A stretch of 64,000 nucleotides of DNA from Alphaproteobacteria bacterium (GTDB lineage Bacteria; Pseudomonadota; Alphaproteobacteria; SP197): positions 704,001 through 768,000 of the forward strand of contig OZ219918.1 of the NCBI GenBank assembly GCA_964291415.2, written 5' to 3'. The position numbers and the translations under genes are program-made. This document shows positions 19,752-29,823 of this stretch, in pieces. The notes under the pieces were generated by a model that was not told the origin of the DNA, ran no database searches, and saw nothing but the letters and a program-made list of their open reading frames with translations. How positions within the stretch are numbered: position 1 is the first letter of the stretch; every line of letters begins with the position of its first letter.

Positions 19752-20738
19752 TTACAAGCACGGGTCGCCGGGACAGCGGTGCACCTCGATCGTGAGGTGC
19801 GCCAGCCCCAGGTTGGAAAGCTGCTTCTTGTACACGGACGGTTCCCTGGGATGGTGCGATACGACCGCGATTTCGGCCGCAAGCAGACCGGGGCCAATCG
19901 ACCAAACGTGCAGGTCGACGACGCGCGTGTCGTGAAGTCTCTCGAGCGATCCGCGAACGTCATCCCGGACCGTAGCAGGCGCCTGCCGATCAAGGAGCGT
20001 CCGGCCGCTGTCACGCAGGAGTCCGTAGGCCCAGTGGGAGACCAGGCAGGCACCGACAATTCCCATGAGGGGATCCATCCAGACCGCCCCGAAGTACTTT
20101 CCGGAGACCAACGCAACGATCGCGAGCAGCGAGGTCAGGGCGTCGGCGAGGACATGGAGATAGGCGCCGCGCAGATTGTGGTCGTGGTGAGCGTGTCCGT
20201 GCCCATGATGGTGGCCATGGTGGTGTCCGTGTCGTTCCGGTCCGTCCTGGTGCGCCTCGGTGCCGTGAGGGGGCGAATCGCGCCTGGTATGGAGAATGAG
20301 TACCGATACTCCGTTCACGATGAGGCCAATGAAGGCAACGGCAATCGCCCCGTCGAACGCGATCGGAACCGGCGCCATCAGGCGCGAAACGCTTTCGACG
20401 GCCATGTACAAGGCGAAACCGACCAGCAGCAGTGCGCTCGTGTAGCCGCCAAGCGAATTGACCTTGCCGGTGCCGAATGCGAAGCCGGGATCGCCGGCGC
20501 GGCGTCGGCAGTAGACATAGGCAAAGACGGCCAGGCCCAGGGCGGCCGCATGGGAGGCCATGTGAAGGCCGTCCGCGAGCAACGCCATCGATCCGAAGCT
20601 GAGGCCGGCCACGACCTCGACCACCATGGTCACGGCGGTCAGAAGGGCGACGATCAGGGTGCGCCTTTCTCCCGGCTGCGGCCGATCAAGGCCGAACGAG
20701 TGGCCGTGCTCCCAGGTTGCGCGTTTCGTCTCATGCAT
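19752..20738 (-). CDS. dmeF: CDF-family Co(II)/Ni(II) efflux transporter
   Basis: GSMALLADGLHMASH, His-rich loop HGHHHGHHHGHGHAHHDH, NLRGAYLHVLADALTS, DLHVWSIGPG. Confidence 0.88.
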   Translation of the reverse strand: MHETKRATWEHGHSFGLDRPQPGERRTLIVALLTAVTMVVEVVAGLSFGSMALLADGLHMASHAAALGLAVFAYVYCRRRAGDPGFAFGTGKVNSLGGYTSALLLVGFALYMAVESVSRLMAPVPIAFDGAIAVAFIGLIVNGVSVLILHTRRDSPPHGTEAHQDGPERHGHHHGHHHGHGHAHHDHNLRGAYLHVLADALTSLLAIVALVSGKYFGAVWMDPLMGIVGACLVSHWAYGLLRDSGRTLLDRQAPATVRDDVRGSLERLHDTRVVDLHVWSIGPGLLAAEIAVVSHHPREPSVYKKQLSNLGLAHLTIEVHRCPGDPCL

Positions 20739-20799
20739 CGCAATGAGCCATGGTGCAGTCCGTCCTATCGTCTCTTGTGTCAAGTACCCCACGCGCATG

Positions 20800-20930
20800 A
20801 CAGGTTGACGAGGGGTTGAAGGCCCGGGGCATGAGGTCGTCAATGCAGGTCTTGGGATATCCGGCGATGATAGCCGCGAGGGTAGCATTGAGCCAGGCGA
20901 AGGGCTCGACGCCGTTCACCTAGGCAATTT
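20800..20930 (-). pseudogene. IS66 transposase C-terminal remnant
   Basis: NGVEPFAWLNATLAAIIAGYPKTCIDDLMP matches the IS66 TnpC tail pattern NGVEP.AYL..L..I..GHP..RID.L.PW. Confidence 0.75.
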
Positions 20931-21002
20931 GGCTGGGCGAAGCAATGCGGCCCCGGGCGGAGCCGCCCTCGTCATGGCTGGCGATGAGTGCGCTCTTCTT
21001 CG

Positions 21003-21257
21003 TCAGGGCCGCAGGCGTGAAGCGATTCTCGACACAGTTGCTGTCCCTCTCAACGCGACCGTGGCCTCCTGCGGCTTGATGCGGACGCGCTGGCCGATGG
21101 TGAACCAGCGCAGCTTGCCGCGCACACGGGGCTGGCGGACGTGATTCGTCCGGACACGGGCGCTGAAGCCGATCAGCTCCTCATCCCGGTCGACGATATC
21201 AGCGCCGTTGGCATCGAGAGGCTCGATACACGCTTGAGCGAGCGGTGCAGCAGCCAT
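21003..21257 (-). pseudogene. Tyrosine integrase N-terminal arm-DNA-binding domain fragment
   Basis: DEELIGFSARVR...RVRGKLRWFTIG...PQEA; no catalytic domain follows. Confidence 0.65.
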
Positions 21258-21399
21258 AGATTCACTCTGGCCCTGAGTTGCAGGTGTGGAATCTCCCCGC
21301 GATTGTATGGGAGAGAGGGAAAACAGGTCGTTGTTTCGCCAGTTTGGCGGCGCGGGTGTGCTTTGTTGGAGTGCGATGGCAACGCAAGGAAAGCAGACT

Positions 21400-21642
21400 A
21401 TGGAACTGGCCGTCGACATGCGCCTTGACATCACCGGTGATGTCTGTCCGATCACGTTCGTCAGGACGAAACTCATGATCGAGGGCATGGAATCCGGCAT
21501 GGTTGCAGAGGTCCGCCTGAACGAAGGCGAGCCGTTGCAAAACGTGCCGCGCTCGGTCAGGGAACACGGCCATTCCATCCTGTCGCTGGAACCGGAAGAC
21601 GGAACGGCCGGCGTGTGGCGGCTTCTTCTGAGGAAGGAGTAA
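21400..21642 (+). CDS. tusA: TusA/SirA-family sulfur carrier
   Basis: LDITGDVCPITFVRTKL, EPLQNVPRSV; AAGGA RBS. Confidence 0.85.
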   Translation: MELAVDMRLDITGDVCPITFVRTKLMIEGMESGMVAEVRLNEGEPLQNVPRSVREHGHSILSLEPEDGTAGVWRLLLRKE

Positions 21643-21652
21643 GGACCTGGTT

Positions 21653-22075
21653 TCAGGTGCAGTCGCCCCGGATCTCGCACAGACAGGATTCCTCCTTGCC
21701 GCCGAGTGCCTCCGCGTGGCGTACGCCATCCGGGTAGACAAAGACGAGCAGGCTGCAGGACGCGCCGTCGTAGCGCCACATCCTGGCGCTGCCCTCGGTC
21801 CATACGAAGGCCGGATCGCCGAGCATGTCGACCACCTCGCTTTCCTGCAGGCCGGCGAGGTCCCTGGCAGCCGTGGCTTCCTCGATTGCCAGTGACGCGT
21901 CGTCAGGACCGGCGACCCCGGCGGCGGTCTCACTGACGGCCGCCGTCGAGCCGGTCCCGGCAAAGGGATTGCAGGCCGCCAGCGCCAGGACGCATGCCAG
22001 AAACAGGGCAGATGACGGAGTGGGACATCGCCGGTCAGGCCGTGTCATCCCGGCCTCCGTCAAGGGACCGGACAT
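21653..22075 (-). CDS. Hypothetical lipoprotein
   Basis: Hydrophobic stretch ending in the lipobox LALAAC; LGDP..EGSARMWRY..CSL; start uncertain. Confidence 0.6.
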   Translation of the reverse strand: MSGPLTEAGMTRPDRRCPTPSSALFLACVLALAACNPFAGTGSTAAVSETAAGVAGPDDASLAIEEATAARDLAGLQESEVVDMLGDPAFVWTEGSARMWRYDGASCSLLVFVYPDGVRHAEALGGKEESCLCEIRGDCT

Positions 22076-22111
22076 GGTGAAGGGTGGTCGGCCACATCGC
22101 CGGAGAGGGGG

Positions 22112-22837
22112 CTAGCCGGTGGATGGAGTCCAGGCCGTCGCATCGGAGTTCCTGTGAAACATATGGGTCATGGCGATCGCGGCAATGACGGGCATGGCGA
22201 GATTGAGAAGGGGAACGCTCATGCCGGCGGTGATGACGGCGCCCGAGGCGAGCAGGCGCCAGCGGTGCCGCTTGCGCCAGGCGTCCGAGTCGCGGCGGGC
22301 GAGGCGCCGCAGCAACACGATCTCGGCGTACTCCCGGGCGAAGAGAACGCTGTTGACGATCCAGAAGACGACGATCGACAGGCCGGGGATGAGAATTGCG
22401 GCAAGATAGAGCGGTACGGCGGCGAGATTGACGAGCAGCAGCCAGCCGACAAAGCGAAGGGACGCGACGATGTCTGCCGCCACCGTCGTTCCCCGCGCAC
22501 GAGGCAGATGCGGGTAGTCGGTTTCCTCGACGCGCGAGACGATGCCATCGAGAAAGAGCGATGCCACGGTCTGCACGACGACGACGAACGTGAACCAGAC
22601 GAGGGCCACGGCGCCCAGCGTGGCCACGACGAAGACGACGCCATCGGCCAGCCAGCCGGGCATCCAGGTGACTTGGGATTCGACCCAGGAGCCGGGGTCT
22701 GAAGCCATCGCGCCGCCGATGACCAGAGCGACGAGAACCGAAGACGCAACGGCACTGGTCAGCGCAATGAGAACCAGGCTGCGGCGGATCCTGCCGTCAC
22801 GCAGGTTGACGGCAATCCTGCCTGGAATGTCAAGCAC
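22112..22837 (-). CDS. EI24/CysZ-like membrane protein
   Basis: Multiple TM helices, SLFLDGIVSRVE..YP, NSVLFAREY, VPLLNL..PV; GTG overlapping the amidase stop. Confidence 0.75.
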   Translation of the reverse strand: MLDIPGRIAVNLRDGRIRRSLVLIALTSAVASSVLVALVIGGAMASDPGSWVESQVTWMPGWLADGVVFVVATLGAVALVWFTFVVVVQTVASLFLDGIVSRVEETDYPHLPRARGTTVAADIVASLRFVGWLLLVNLAAVPLYLAAILIPGLSIVVFWIVNSVLFAREYAEIVLLRRLARRDSDAWRKRHRWRLLASGAVITAGMSVPLLNLAMPVIAAIAMTHMFHRNSDATAWTPSTG

Positions 22838-24296
22838 GGTGGCGGCCGTCGGCCGGCTCCGGATCGGGGTAACGACCGGGTGTGCCGCGGGGATCGATGG
22901 GCAGGTGAACGGCAATGTCCAGGGCGCGTTCGGCGACGGCGGCCCAGCCCAGAACACGTCCGTCGCTGTGTGAGGGACCGACCAGCTGCAATCCGACAGG
23001 CAGCCCGCCATCGGTGAATCCGCAGGGAATCGAGATAGCGGGGGACGATGTCAGCGTGATCACGGAGGTGATCATGATCCAGTCCACATAGTTGTCGAAC
23101 CGGTGGCCGTCGAGCTCGCTGAGGTAGCGTTCGTGGGTGGCGATGGCCGGGACGATGGTCGAGGGCAGCGCGAGGAGGTCGAAGGTCTCGAAGAATGCCG
23201 TCATCCTCTGGTACAGCGCGCCCCGGATGCGGGTCGCCCGCATGATCTCGGCGATGCCGAGTTCAAGTCCCTTCTGGATGTTCCAGACATTCTCCGGCTT
23301 CAGCTTGTCACGGTGGTGGAGGAGATCATCTTCGTGGCCGGTGGCGAAGCCGATGGCCCGCAGGGTATGGAACGCTTCCGGCGCATCGGAAAAGTCAATT
23401 GCCGCTGGTGCGATGTCGCTTCCCAATTCTGCAAGGCGATCCAGGGCTTCCCGGCACAACCGGTCGACGTCCCGCGCCACCGGCGTGATGCCGAGATCCG
23501 GCGAGTAGCCGATGCGCCGCGGCACATCTCCCCGGTCGAGGGCTCCGCGGACCTGGTCCAGCCAGGAGACCGGCGGCGCCGGGCGCGCCAGGGGATCGCG
23601 CTCGTCGACTCCCGACATCGCGTCGAGCAGGAGCGCCGTGTCGGCGACGTTGCGCGCCAGAGGGCCGGTGACCGAAAGATCCTGGAAGGCGTCCGGTACG
23701 GGCCCGCGGGTGACGACGCCGGGGCTCGGCCGAAATCCCGTCACGCCGCAGAAGCTCGCCGGAATGCGCAGACTGCCGCCGAGATCGGAACCGGTCGCCA
23801 GAGGCACCTGTCCGCTGGCCAGCGCGGCCGCCGATCCGCCGGAGGATCCGCCAGCCGAGGCCGCCATGTCCCAGGGGTTTCTCGTCACCCCGAGAACCTC
23901 GTTGAAACTGTTGCCGCCGGCGCCGAACTCCGGAACGTTGGACTTGCCGACGACGATGGCGCCGCGGCTTTCCAGGCGCGTCACCATGAGATCCGAGGCC
24001 GCCGGCACGTGGTCTGCCCAGATCGGGGACCCGTAGGTGGTCCGCACGCCGGCGACATCCTCGAGATCCTTGATGGCGACCGGAAGACCGTGGAGCGGAC
24101 CCGGGGCACCGCCGGGCTCGAGGCTCCGTGCATGGTCCCGGGCTCGGTCGAAACAGCGGGTCGGCATGGCGTTGAGACCACCGTCAGTCGCCTCGATGCG
24201 GGCGATGCAATCCTCGACGAGTTCGAGCGGGGTTACTTCCCTGCGGCGCAGCAGACCGGCGGCTTCCGTCGCCGTCATTCTCCAGAGATCTGCCAT
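22830..24296 (-). CDS. Amidase-signature family protein
   Basis: GLPVAIKD, GGSSGGSAAA, GSDLGGSLRIPAS. Confidence 0.92.
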   Translation of the reverse strand: MADLWRMTATEAAGLLRRREVTPLELVEDCIARIEATDGGLNAMPTRCFDRARDHARSLEPGGAPGPLHGLPVAIKDLEDVAGVRTTYGSPIWADHVPAASDLMVTRLESRGAIVVGKSNVPEFGAGGNSFNEVLGVTRNPWDMAASAGGSSGGSAAALASGQVPLATGSDLGGSLRIPASFCGVTGFRPSPGVVTRGPVPDAFQDLSVTGPLARNVADTALLLDAMSGVDERDPLARPAPPVSWLDQVRGALDRGDVPRRIGYSPDLGITPVARDVDRLCREALDRLAELGSDIAPAAIDFSDAPEAFHTLRAIGFATGHEDDLLHHRDKLKPENVWNIQKGLELGIAEIMRATRIRGALYQRMTAFFETFDLLALPSTIVPAIATHERYLSELDGHRFDNYVDWIMITSVITLTSSPAISIPCGFTDGGLPVGLQLVGPSHSDGRVLGWAAVAERALDIAVHLPIDPRGTPGRYPDPEPADGRHRA

Positions 24297-24425
24297 CGGT
24301 GCCTTCCGCGCGTAGAGGCCATGCCGGAGCGAGTATGGTGCCGGCGCGTGTTCCCCGGCAAGGCTTGCCAGAAAGTGCTCCACATCTATACTCGCCGCCG
24401 CCGGCAACAGGTGCCTTCAACTCGC

Positions 24426-25412
24426 ATGAATCAGCCACGCATCGATGTTCTTGGCATCGGCAACGCCATCGTCGACATCGTTGCTGAGGTCGATGAGTCC
24501 TTTCTGGCGGATTTCGACCTCGCCAAGGACACCATGCACCTTGTCGATCACGGCACGGCGACGAGGCTTCTCGACGCCTGTGAGCCCGTCACGATGATGT
24601 CAGGCGGCTCCGTGGCCAACACGATTGCCGGCCTCGCCGCGATCGGCGGCAGCGGCGGATTTGTCGGCAGGGTGAAGGATGACGCGCTCGGGCGGCGCTT
24701 CGCCGGGGATCTCAATTCCCAGGGCGTCGTCTTCGCCGCCCGTGCGGCGGCCGACGGGCCGGAAACCGGACGATCCCTCGTTCTCGTGACGCCGGACAGC
24801 CATCGCACCATGTGCACATGGCTCGGTGCGTCGCTTGATCTCGGCGTCGCCGACCTCCGGTCGGACACCATGGCCGCACGGGTCGTTCTGCTCGAGGGCT
24901 ATCTCCTGGATGCGCCCGAAGGGCAGGAGGTGTTCGCCAGGGCGGCCTCGATGGCCGCTGCAGCCGGGGCCAAGGTCGCGATGTCACTCTCCGATGCGGC
25001 ATGCGTGGATCGCCACCGGGACAATCTGCGCCCGTTCCTGCACGATCATGTCGATATCGTCTTCGCCAACGAGGCCGAAACGCTCTCGCTTTTTCCCGGC
25101 GAGACCTTTGCGGCAGCGTCCGGCTGTCTCGCGCAAGAGGTTTCCATCGCCGTCATCACGCGCAGCGAGAAGGGCTCCATGGTCTTCTCGCCCGGGTCGG
25201 TCTTCGAAATCGAATCCGTCACCACCAAGGTGATCGACGCCACGGGTGCCGGTGATCTCTATGCCGCGGGTTTCCTCTACGGTTACACCCAGGATCTCAG
25301 TCTCGACCGGGCGGCACGCATCGCCAGTGTCTGCGCCAGCGAGGTGATCGGCCAGTTTGGCGCCCGTGTCACGAACGACCTGCGTGCCTCCATTGCCAGG
25401 ACACTGGGATAG
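24426..25412 (+). CDS. Adenosine kinase / PfkB-family kinase
   Basis: GIGNAIVD, SGGSVANT, FANEAE, DATGAGDLYAAGFL. Confidence 0.9.
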   Translation: MNQPRIDVLGIGNAIVDIVAEVDESFLADFDLAKDTMHLVDHGTATRLLDACEPVTMMSGGSVANTIAGLAAIGGSGGFVGRVKDDALGRRFAGDLNSQGVVFAARAAADGPETGRSLVLVTPDSHRTMCTWLGASLDLGVADLRSDTMAARVVLLEGYLLDAPEGQEVFARAASMAAAAGAKVAMSLSDAACVDRHRDNLRPFLHDHVDIVFANEAETLSLFPGETFAAASGCLAQEVSIAVITRSEKGSMVFSPGSVFEIESVTTKVIDATGAGDLYAAGFLYGYTQDLSLDRAARIASVCASEVIGQFGARVTNDLRASIARTLG

Positions 25413-25439
25413 ACAACGCACCAGAAAGGGAGCGTCTCC

Positions 25440-26090
25440 ATGACCGCCATTGAACTCATCACGTCCCACGTCTGTCCGTTCGCCCAGCGAACCCACATGG
25501 CGCTCATCGAAAAGGGGCTGGAATTCTCGGTTCGCGAGGTGGATCTCTCCAACAAGCCCGCCTGGTTCGAGGAGGTCTCGCCGACGTCAAAGGTGCCGGT
25601 GGTCAAGATCGCCGACGAGATCGTCTGGGAATCCGCGATCGCCAACGAATACATCGAGGACAAGTTCCCGGATGTGCCCCTGTTGCCCGACGATCCCTGG
25701 TTGCGGGCCCAGGCGCGCATCTGGATCGATTACTGCAACACCCGCTGGATCGAGGACTTCTACGCGCTGCTGGGAGCGAAGGACGCGGAGAGTCAGAAGG
25801 ATCTCGGTGACCGGGTGAGACAGGATCTCCGCGACATGGAATCGAAGGGCATGGCGGCCCTGTCCTCAGGGCCCTTCTGGCTGGGCTCGTCGGTCAGCCT
25901 CGTCGATCTCGCCTTCTGGCCGTTCTTCGAGCGGTTTCCACTGCTCTCCCACTACCGCCAGGTCACCATTCCGGAAGACTGCCGGCGTCTTCTGCGCTGG
26001 TGTGATGACATGGCGGCACGTCCCTCGGCACGCCAGACCATGCACGACGCCTCCTGGTACATCGAGCGCTACAAGTCCCGGGCTGCCTGA
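25440..26090 (+). CDS. Glutathione S-transferase (omega-like)
   Basis: CPFAQR, KVPV, ESAIANEYIED, SLVDLAFWPFFER. Confidence 0.9.
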   Translation: MTAIELITSHVCPFAQRTHMALIEKGLEFSVREVDLSNKPAWFEEVSPTSKVPVVKIADEIVWESAIANEYIEDKFPDVPLLPDDPWLRAQARIWIDYCNTRWIEDFYALLGAKDAESQKDLGDRVRQDLRDMESKGMAALSSGPFWLGSSVSLVDLAFWPFFERFPLLSHYRQVTIPEDCRRLLRWCDDMAARPSARQTMHDASWYIERYKSRAA

Positions 26091-26107
26091 CGGCGGGCGA
26101 GGGCACC

Positions 26108-26707
26108 ATGTTCTATGAACCCGCCAAGGGGCACGGGCTCGACCGTGATCCGTTCAAGGCACTCGTGGCGCCACGTCCCATCGGCTGGTTCACCACGCTC
26201 AATGGCGATGGGTCGGTCAACCTGGCGCCCTACAGCTACTTCAATGCCATGGCAGATGACCCTCCTGTGGTCTGTTTCTCGTCCGGCGGTTCGGAACGCA
26301 ACAAGGACACCGCCCGCAATGCGGCCGAAACCGGAGAGTTCGTGCACAACCTGGTGACCCGGTCGTTGCGCGACGCCATGAACATCTCGGCGCGAGAGGT
26401 GCCTGCGGGCGTCGACGAGACGAGGCTCGCCGGACTGGAACTGGCGCCCTCGGTGGTGGTGTCGACGCCTCGTGTGGCTGCAAGTCCGGTTGCTTTCGAG
26501 TGCCGTTATCTGAAGACACTGGAGATTCCGCAGAACGGCACCCCGAGCCTGGTGGTGTTCGGCGAGGTGGTCGGCATTCACATCGACGACGACGCCATCG
26601 CCTCAGGCCGCTTCGATCCCGAGGCCCTGGGGGTCATCGCCCGCCTCGGCTACGCCAACTACGCCATCGTCGGTGGTACGTTCCGTATGGAACGGCTGGA
26701 CCCTTGA
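26108..26707 (+). CDS. Flavin reductase-like protein
   Basis: APRPIGW, NLAPYSYFN, KDTARN, IARLGY. Confidence 0.88.
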   Translation: MFYEPAKGHGLDRDPFKALVAPRPIGWFTTLNGDGSVNLAPYSYFNAMADDPPVVCFSSGGSERNKDTARNAAETGEFVHNLVTRSLRDAMNISAREVPAGVDETRLAGLELAPSVVVSTPRVAASPVAFECRYLKTLEIPQNGTPSLVVFGEVVGIHIDDDAIASGRFDPEALGVIARLGYANYAIVGGTFRMERLDP

Positions 26708-26775
26708 GAACCGTGCGCGGGGGATTGATCGCGACCCGGCCGCATGATCTTCTTGCCTCAAGACGGAGTTGATCG

Positions 26776-27888
26776 ATGCTTCTTGGAGTACCCAGAGAGA
26801 TCAAGAATCACGAGTACCGCGTTGGCATGACGCCGGCTTCGGTGAGGGAGCTCACCGGACGTGATCACGCCGTGCTCGTCGAGAAGGGCGCCGGCCGCGG
26901 CATCGGGCTGACCGACAGCATGTACGTGCGCGCCGGTGCAGAGATTGTGGATACCCCGGAAGAGATCTTCGCCCGGGCGGAGATGATCGTGAAGGTGAAG
27001 GAGCCGCAACCCGACGAATGCCGCATGCTGCGCCGGGGCCAGATTCTCTTCACCTACCTTCACCTTGCGCCGGACCCGCTGCAGACGCAGTTGCTCGTCG
27101 AATCGGGCTGCACCGCCATTGCCTACGAGACGGTCTCCGACATGAATGGTGGATTGCCGCTCCTGGCGCCGATGAGCGAGGTCGCCGGGCGCATGTCCAT
27201 CCAGGCCGCCTGTCACTGCCTCGAGAAGGCCCAGCATGGCGCCGGCGTCCTCCTGGGGGGAGTTCCCGGCGTGGCGCCGGGGAAGGTGGTCGTCATTGGT
27301 GGTGGTGTGGTGGGCACCCACGCGGCGCGCATGGCAATTGGCCTCGGTGCGGATGTGACGGTCTTCGACCGTTCGATTGCCCGGTTGCGGCAACTCGATG
27401 AACTGCTGGGAGCACGAGCCAGGATCCTCTATTCGACGACCGATGCCCTCGAGGAGCATGTCCTTGCCGCAGACGCTGTCATCGGCGCTGTTCTCATTCC
27501 CGGCGCCGCAGCACCGAAGCTCGTGACCGAACGCCACATTCGCCGGATGCGCCGCGGTTCGGTGGTGGTCGACGTCGCCATCGACCAGGGAGGCTGTTTC
27601 GAGACAAGCCGGCCGACGACCCATGCCAAGCCCACCTACCGGGTCCATGGCGTCGTCCACTACTGTGTCGCCAACATGCCAGGCGGCGTGGCCCGGACAT
27701 CGACCTTCGCCCTCAACAACGCGACCCTGCCCTATATCATCCAGCTTGCGGACAGGGGCTGGCAGCGCGCCTGCCGGGTCGATCCCTTCCTGTGCGATGG
27801 CCTCAATGTCCACGACGGAAAGATCGTCTACAAGGCGGTGGCCGACGCCCTCGACTACCCGTTCGTCGATCCTGCGGACATTCTCTGA
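26776..27888 (+). CDS. ald: Alanine dehydrogenase
   Basis: [59 protein letters not shown]. Confidence 0.96.
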   Translation: MLLGVPREIKNHEYRVGMTPASVRELTGRDHAVLVEKGAGRGIGLTDSMYVRAGAEIVDTPEEIFARAEMIVKVKEPQPDECRMLRRGQILFTYLHLAPDPLQTQLLVESGCTAIAYETVSDMNGGLPLLAPMSEVAGRMSIQAACHCLEKAQHGAGVLLGGVPGVAPGKVVVIGGGVVGTHAARMAIGLGADVTVFDRSIARLRQLDELLGARARILYSTTDALEEHVLAADAVIGAVLIPGAAAPKLVTERHIRRMRRGSVVVDVAIDQGGCFETSRPTTHAKPTYRVHGVVHYCVANMPGGVARTSTFALNNATLPYIIQLADRGWQRACRVDPFLCDGLNVHDGKIVYKAVADALDYPFVDPADIL

Positions 27889-27925
27889 CGCCGGGTTGCC
27901 AACGACACTCCTGTGAATTCGCGGA

Positions 27926-28843
27926 TCAGTCGCGCCGTGGCGGCTGCTTGAGCCCCTCGAGCATCACCATCAGGTTCTCATCGCGCCAGCGTTCGAGATC
28001 GTCGATGTCGAGATGGCCGTACATGGCGTCGACGGCGCCGACGAGTTCTTCTCTCGCCTTGTCGCCGCGCTTCCAGCCGAAGTGGTCGATCATGTGACGA
28101 ACGCCGCCCTTGCCGCCACCGAGGTGGTAGCACGTCGCCGGTCCGGCAAAGGCCCATCTCAGTCCCGGGCCTGCCGTCATCGCCGTGTCGATGTCCCGGT
28201 AGGTGCAGATCCCCTCATCCACAAGGGCCGCTGCTTCCTCGAAGACGACATGCTGCAGGCGGTTGGCGATGTAGGCTTCGATCTCCCGGCGGAGTGTGAG
28301 AGTCGTCTTGCCGACGGATTCGTAGAAGGCCGAAGCCCACGACACGACATCCCCGGCTGTTCGGCTGCCCGCGACCACCTCCACCAGGGGTATGAGATAG
28401 CTGGGTGCGAAGGGATGGCCGATGATGACCCTTTCGGGGTGCTGGCAACGCGACTGGAGACGTGTCGGCAGGAAGGCCGATGACGAACTCGCCAGTACCG
28501 TTTCGGCCGGGGCGGCGGCATCCATGGCCTCGAACAGCGCAATCTTGAGATCTTCCCGGTCGGGCGCGCTCTCCTGGACGAAGTCCGCGTCCTTCACCGC
28601 TTCCTCCATCGACTCAACGAAGCGGAATCGGTCCCTGGAGGCACCCTTGGCCAGTCCGAGGCGTTCAAGAAAAGGCCAGGCCTGGTCGATGATGCGACGG
28701 GCGCTGGTCTCGCCATCGGGCGCCGGATCGCTCATCACCACGTCGCGGCCGGCGCCGAGAAAGACGGCGGCCCATCCGGCGCCGATGTAGCCGCCGCCGA
28801 CGCAGGCGATGTTCATGGCGCGTGCCGGTGCTGGTCGTGTCAT
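27926..28843 (-). CDS. L-carnitine dehydrogenase-like 3-hydroxyacyl-CoA dehydrogenase family protein
   Basis: [41 protein letters not shown]. Confidence 0.82.
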   Translation of the reverse strand: MTRPAPARAMNIACVGGGYIGAGWAAVFLGAGRDVVMSDPAPDGETSARRIIDQAWPFLERLGLAKGASRDRFRFVESMEEAVKDADFVQESAPDREDLKIALFEAMDAAAPAETVLASSSSAFLPTRLQSRCQHPERVIIGHPFAPSYLIPLVEVVAGSRTAGDVVSWASAFYESVGKTTLTLRREIEAYIANRLQHVVFEEAAALVDEGICTYRDIDTAMTAGPGLRWAFAGPATCYHLGGGKGGVRHMIDHFGWKRGDKAREELVGAVDAMYGHLDIDDLERWRDENLMVMLEGLKQPPRRD

Positions 28844-29823
28844 TGCTGTCCTCCGTGGCCGCCGGCCAGGCCGATTGAGACATGATCGGCGATGCCGTCT
28901 TCGAGAGAGGTGAAGGGTCTCGTGTACCCGGCCTCGCGGAGCCGGTCCATGCGGGCCCTCGTGTAGTACTGATAGCGCCCCTCGAGTGCCGCGGGCATGT
29001 CGATGAACGTGATTCTGGCCGGCCGCGACAGTGCTTTGAACATGGCATGGCCAAGGTCCAGCCACGTCCTTGCCTCGCCGGTTCCTAGGTTGAAGATACC
29101 GCTGACGGCCGGGTTGTCGAGCAGCCACCTGACCACATCGACGCAGTCCCTGACGTAGATGAAGTCGCGTTTCTGGCCGCCATCGGCATAGTCGGGGTGA
29201 CCCGAGCGAAACAGTCTGAGCGGCCTGCCAGCCACGATGTCGGGCAGGGTCCTGGAGACGACGCTGGCCATGGCGCCCTTGTGACCCTCGCCGGGGCCAT
29301 AGACGTTGAAGAAGCGCAGACCGGCCCATTGCGGTGGCATGGTGCGCCCGGCATCGCGCTCACGGATCACGAGCCGGTCGAACAGCAGCTTGCTGGCCCC
29401 GTAGGGGGTGATGGCGGTGAGGGCGTCCATGGCGGCCGCACTCTCGTCGTCGTCGAATCCCAGCGAGCCGTCGCCGTACACCTGAGCCGAGGACGCGTAG
29501 ATGAACGGCACCCGACGCGCGGTGCACCAGTCCATGAGCTGGAGCGTCAGCACGACATTCGTCTTCATGACGAGATCGACATCCGTTTCCGTGGTGGACG
29601 AAATCGCTCCCATGTGGATGACGGCATCCAGGGGGCGCCTGCCATCGAGCCAGGCGGCCAGCGAGTCGGGGCCGAACATCTCCTGGACTTGGACGTCGGC
29701 GATGTTGCTCAGCCTCAAGTCGTCGACGTGGCGGTCACACACGGCGACCGGCATACCTGCCGCAGCCAGGGCGCGGACAATGTTGGAGCCGATGAAGCCG
29801 GTGCCTCCGGTGACAAGGATCAA
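28840..29823 (-). CDS. hldD: ADP-L-glycero-D-manno-heptose 6-epimerase
   Basis: LVTGGTGFIGSN, HMGAISSTTE, YASSA, YGASK, FFNVYGPGEGHKG, RDFIYV, YQYYT; TTG start overlapping the gmhA stop. Confidence 0.92.
   Translation of the reverse strand: MILVTGGTGFIGSNIVRALAAAGMPVAVCDRHVDDLRLSNIADVQVQEMFGPDSLAAWLDGRRPLDAVIHMGAISSTTETDVDLVMKTNVVLTLQLMDWCTARRVPFIYASSAQVYGDGSLGFDDDESAAAMDALTAITPYGASKLLFDRLVIRERDAGRTMPPQWAGLRFFNVYGPGEGHKGAMASVVSRTLPDIVAGRPLRLFRSGHPDYADGGQKRDFIYVRDCVDVVRWLLDNPAVSGIFNLGTGEARTWLDLGHAMFKALSRPARITFIDMPAALEGRYQYYTRARMDRLREAGYTRPFTSLEDGIADHVSIGLAGGHGGQQ

Larger units (their letters stand above)
18100..21260. mobile_element. Decayed integrative element / genomic island (boundaries approximate)
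   Basis: Excisionase remnant, AbiEi, tRNA 3' fragment, IS66 scrap and integrase arm-domain fragment within ~3 kb. Confidence 0.65.

Noticed and set aside
20195-20235. GTG/ATG-rich microrepeat
   Set aside because: Encodes the His-rich loop of DmeF
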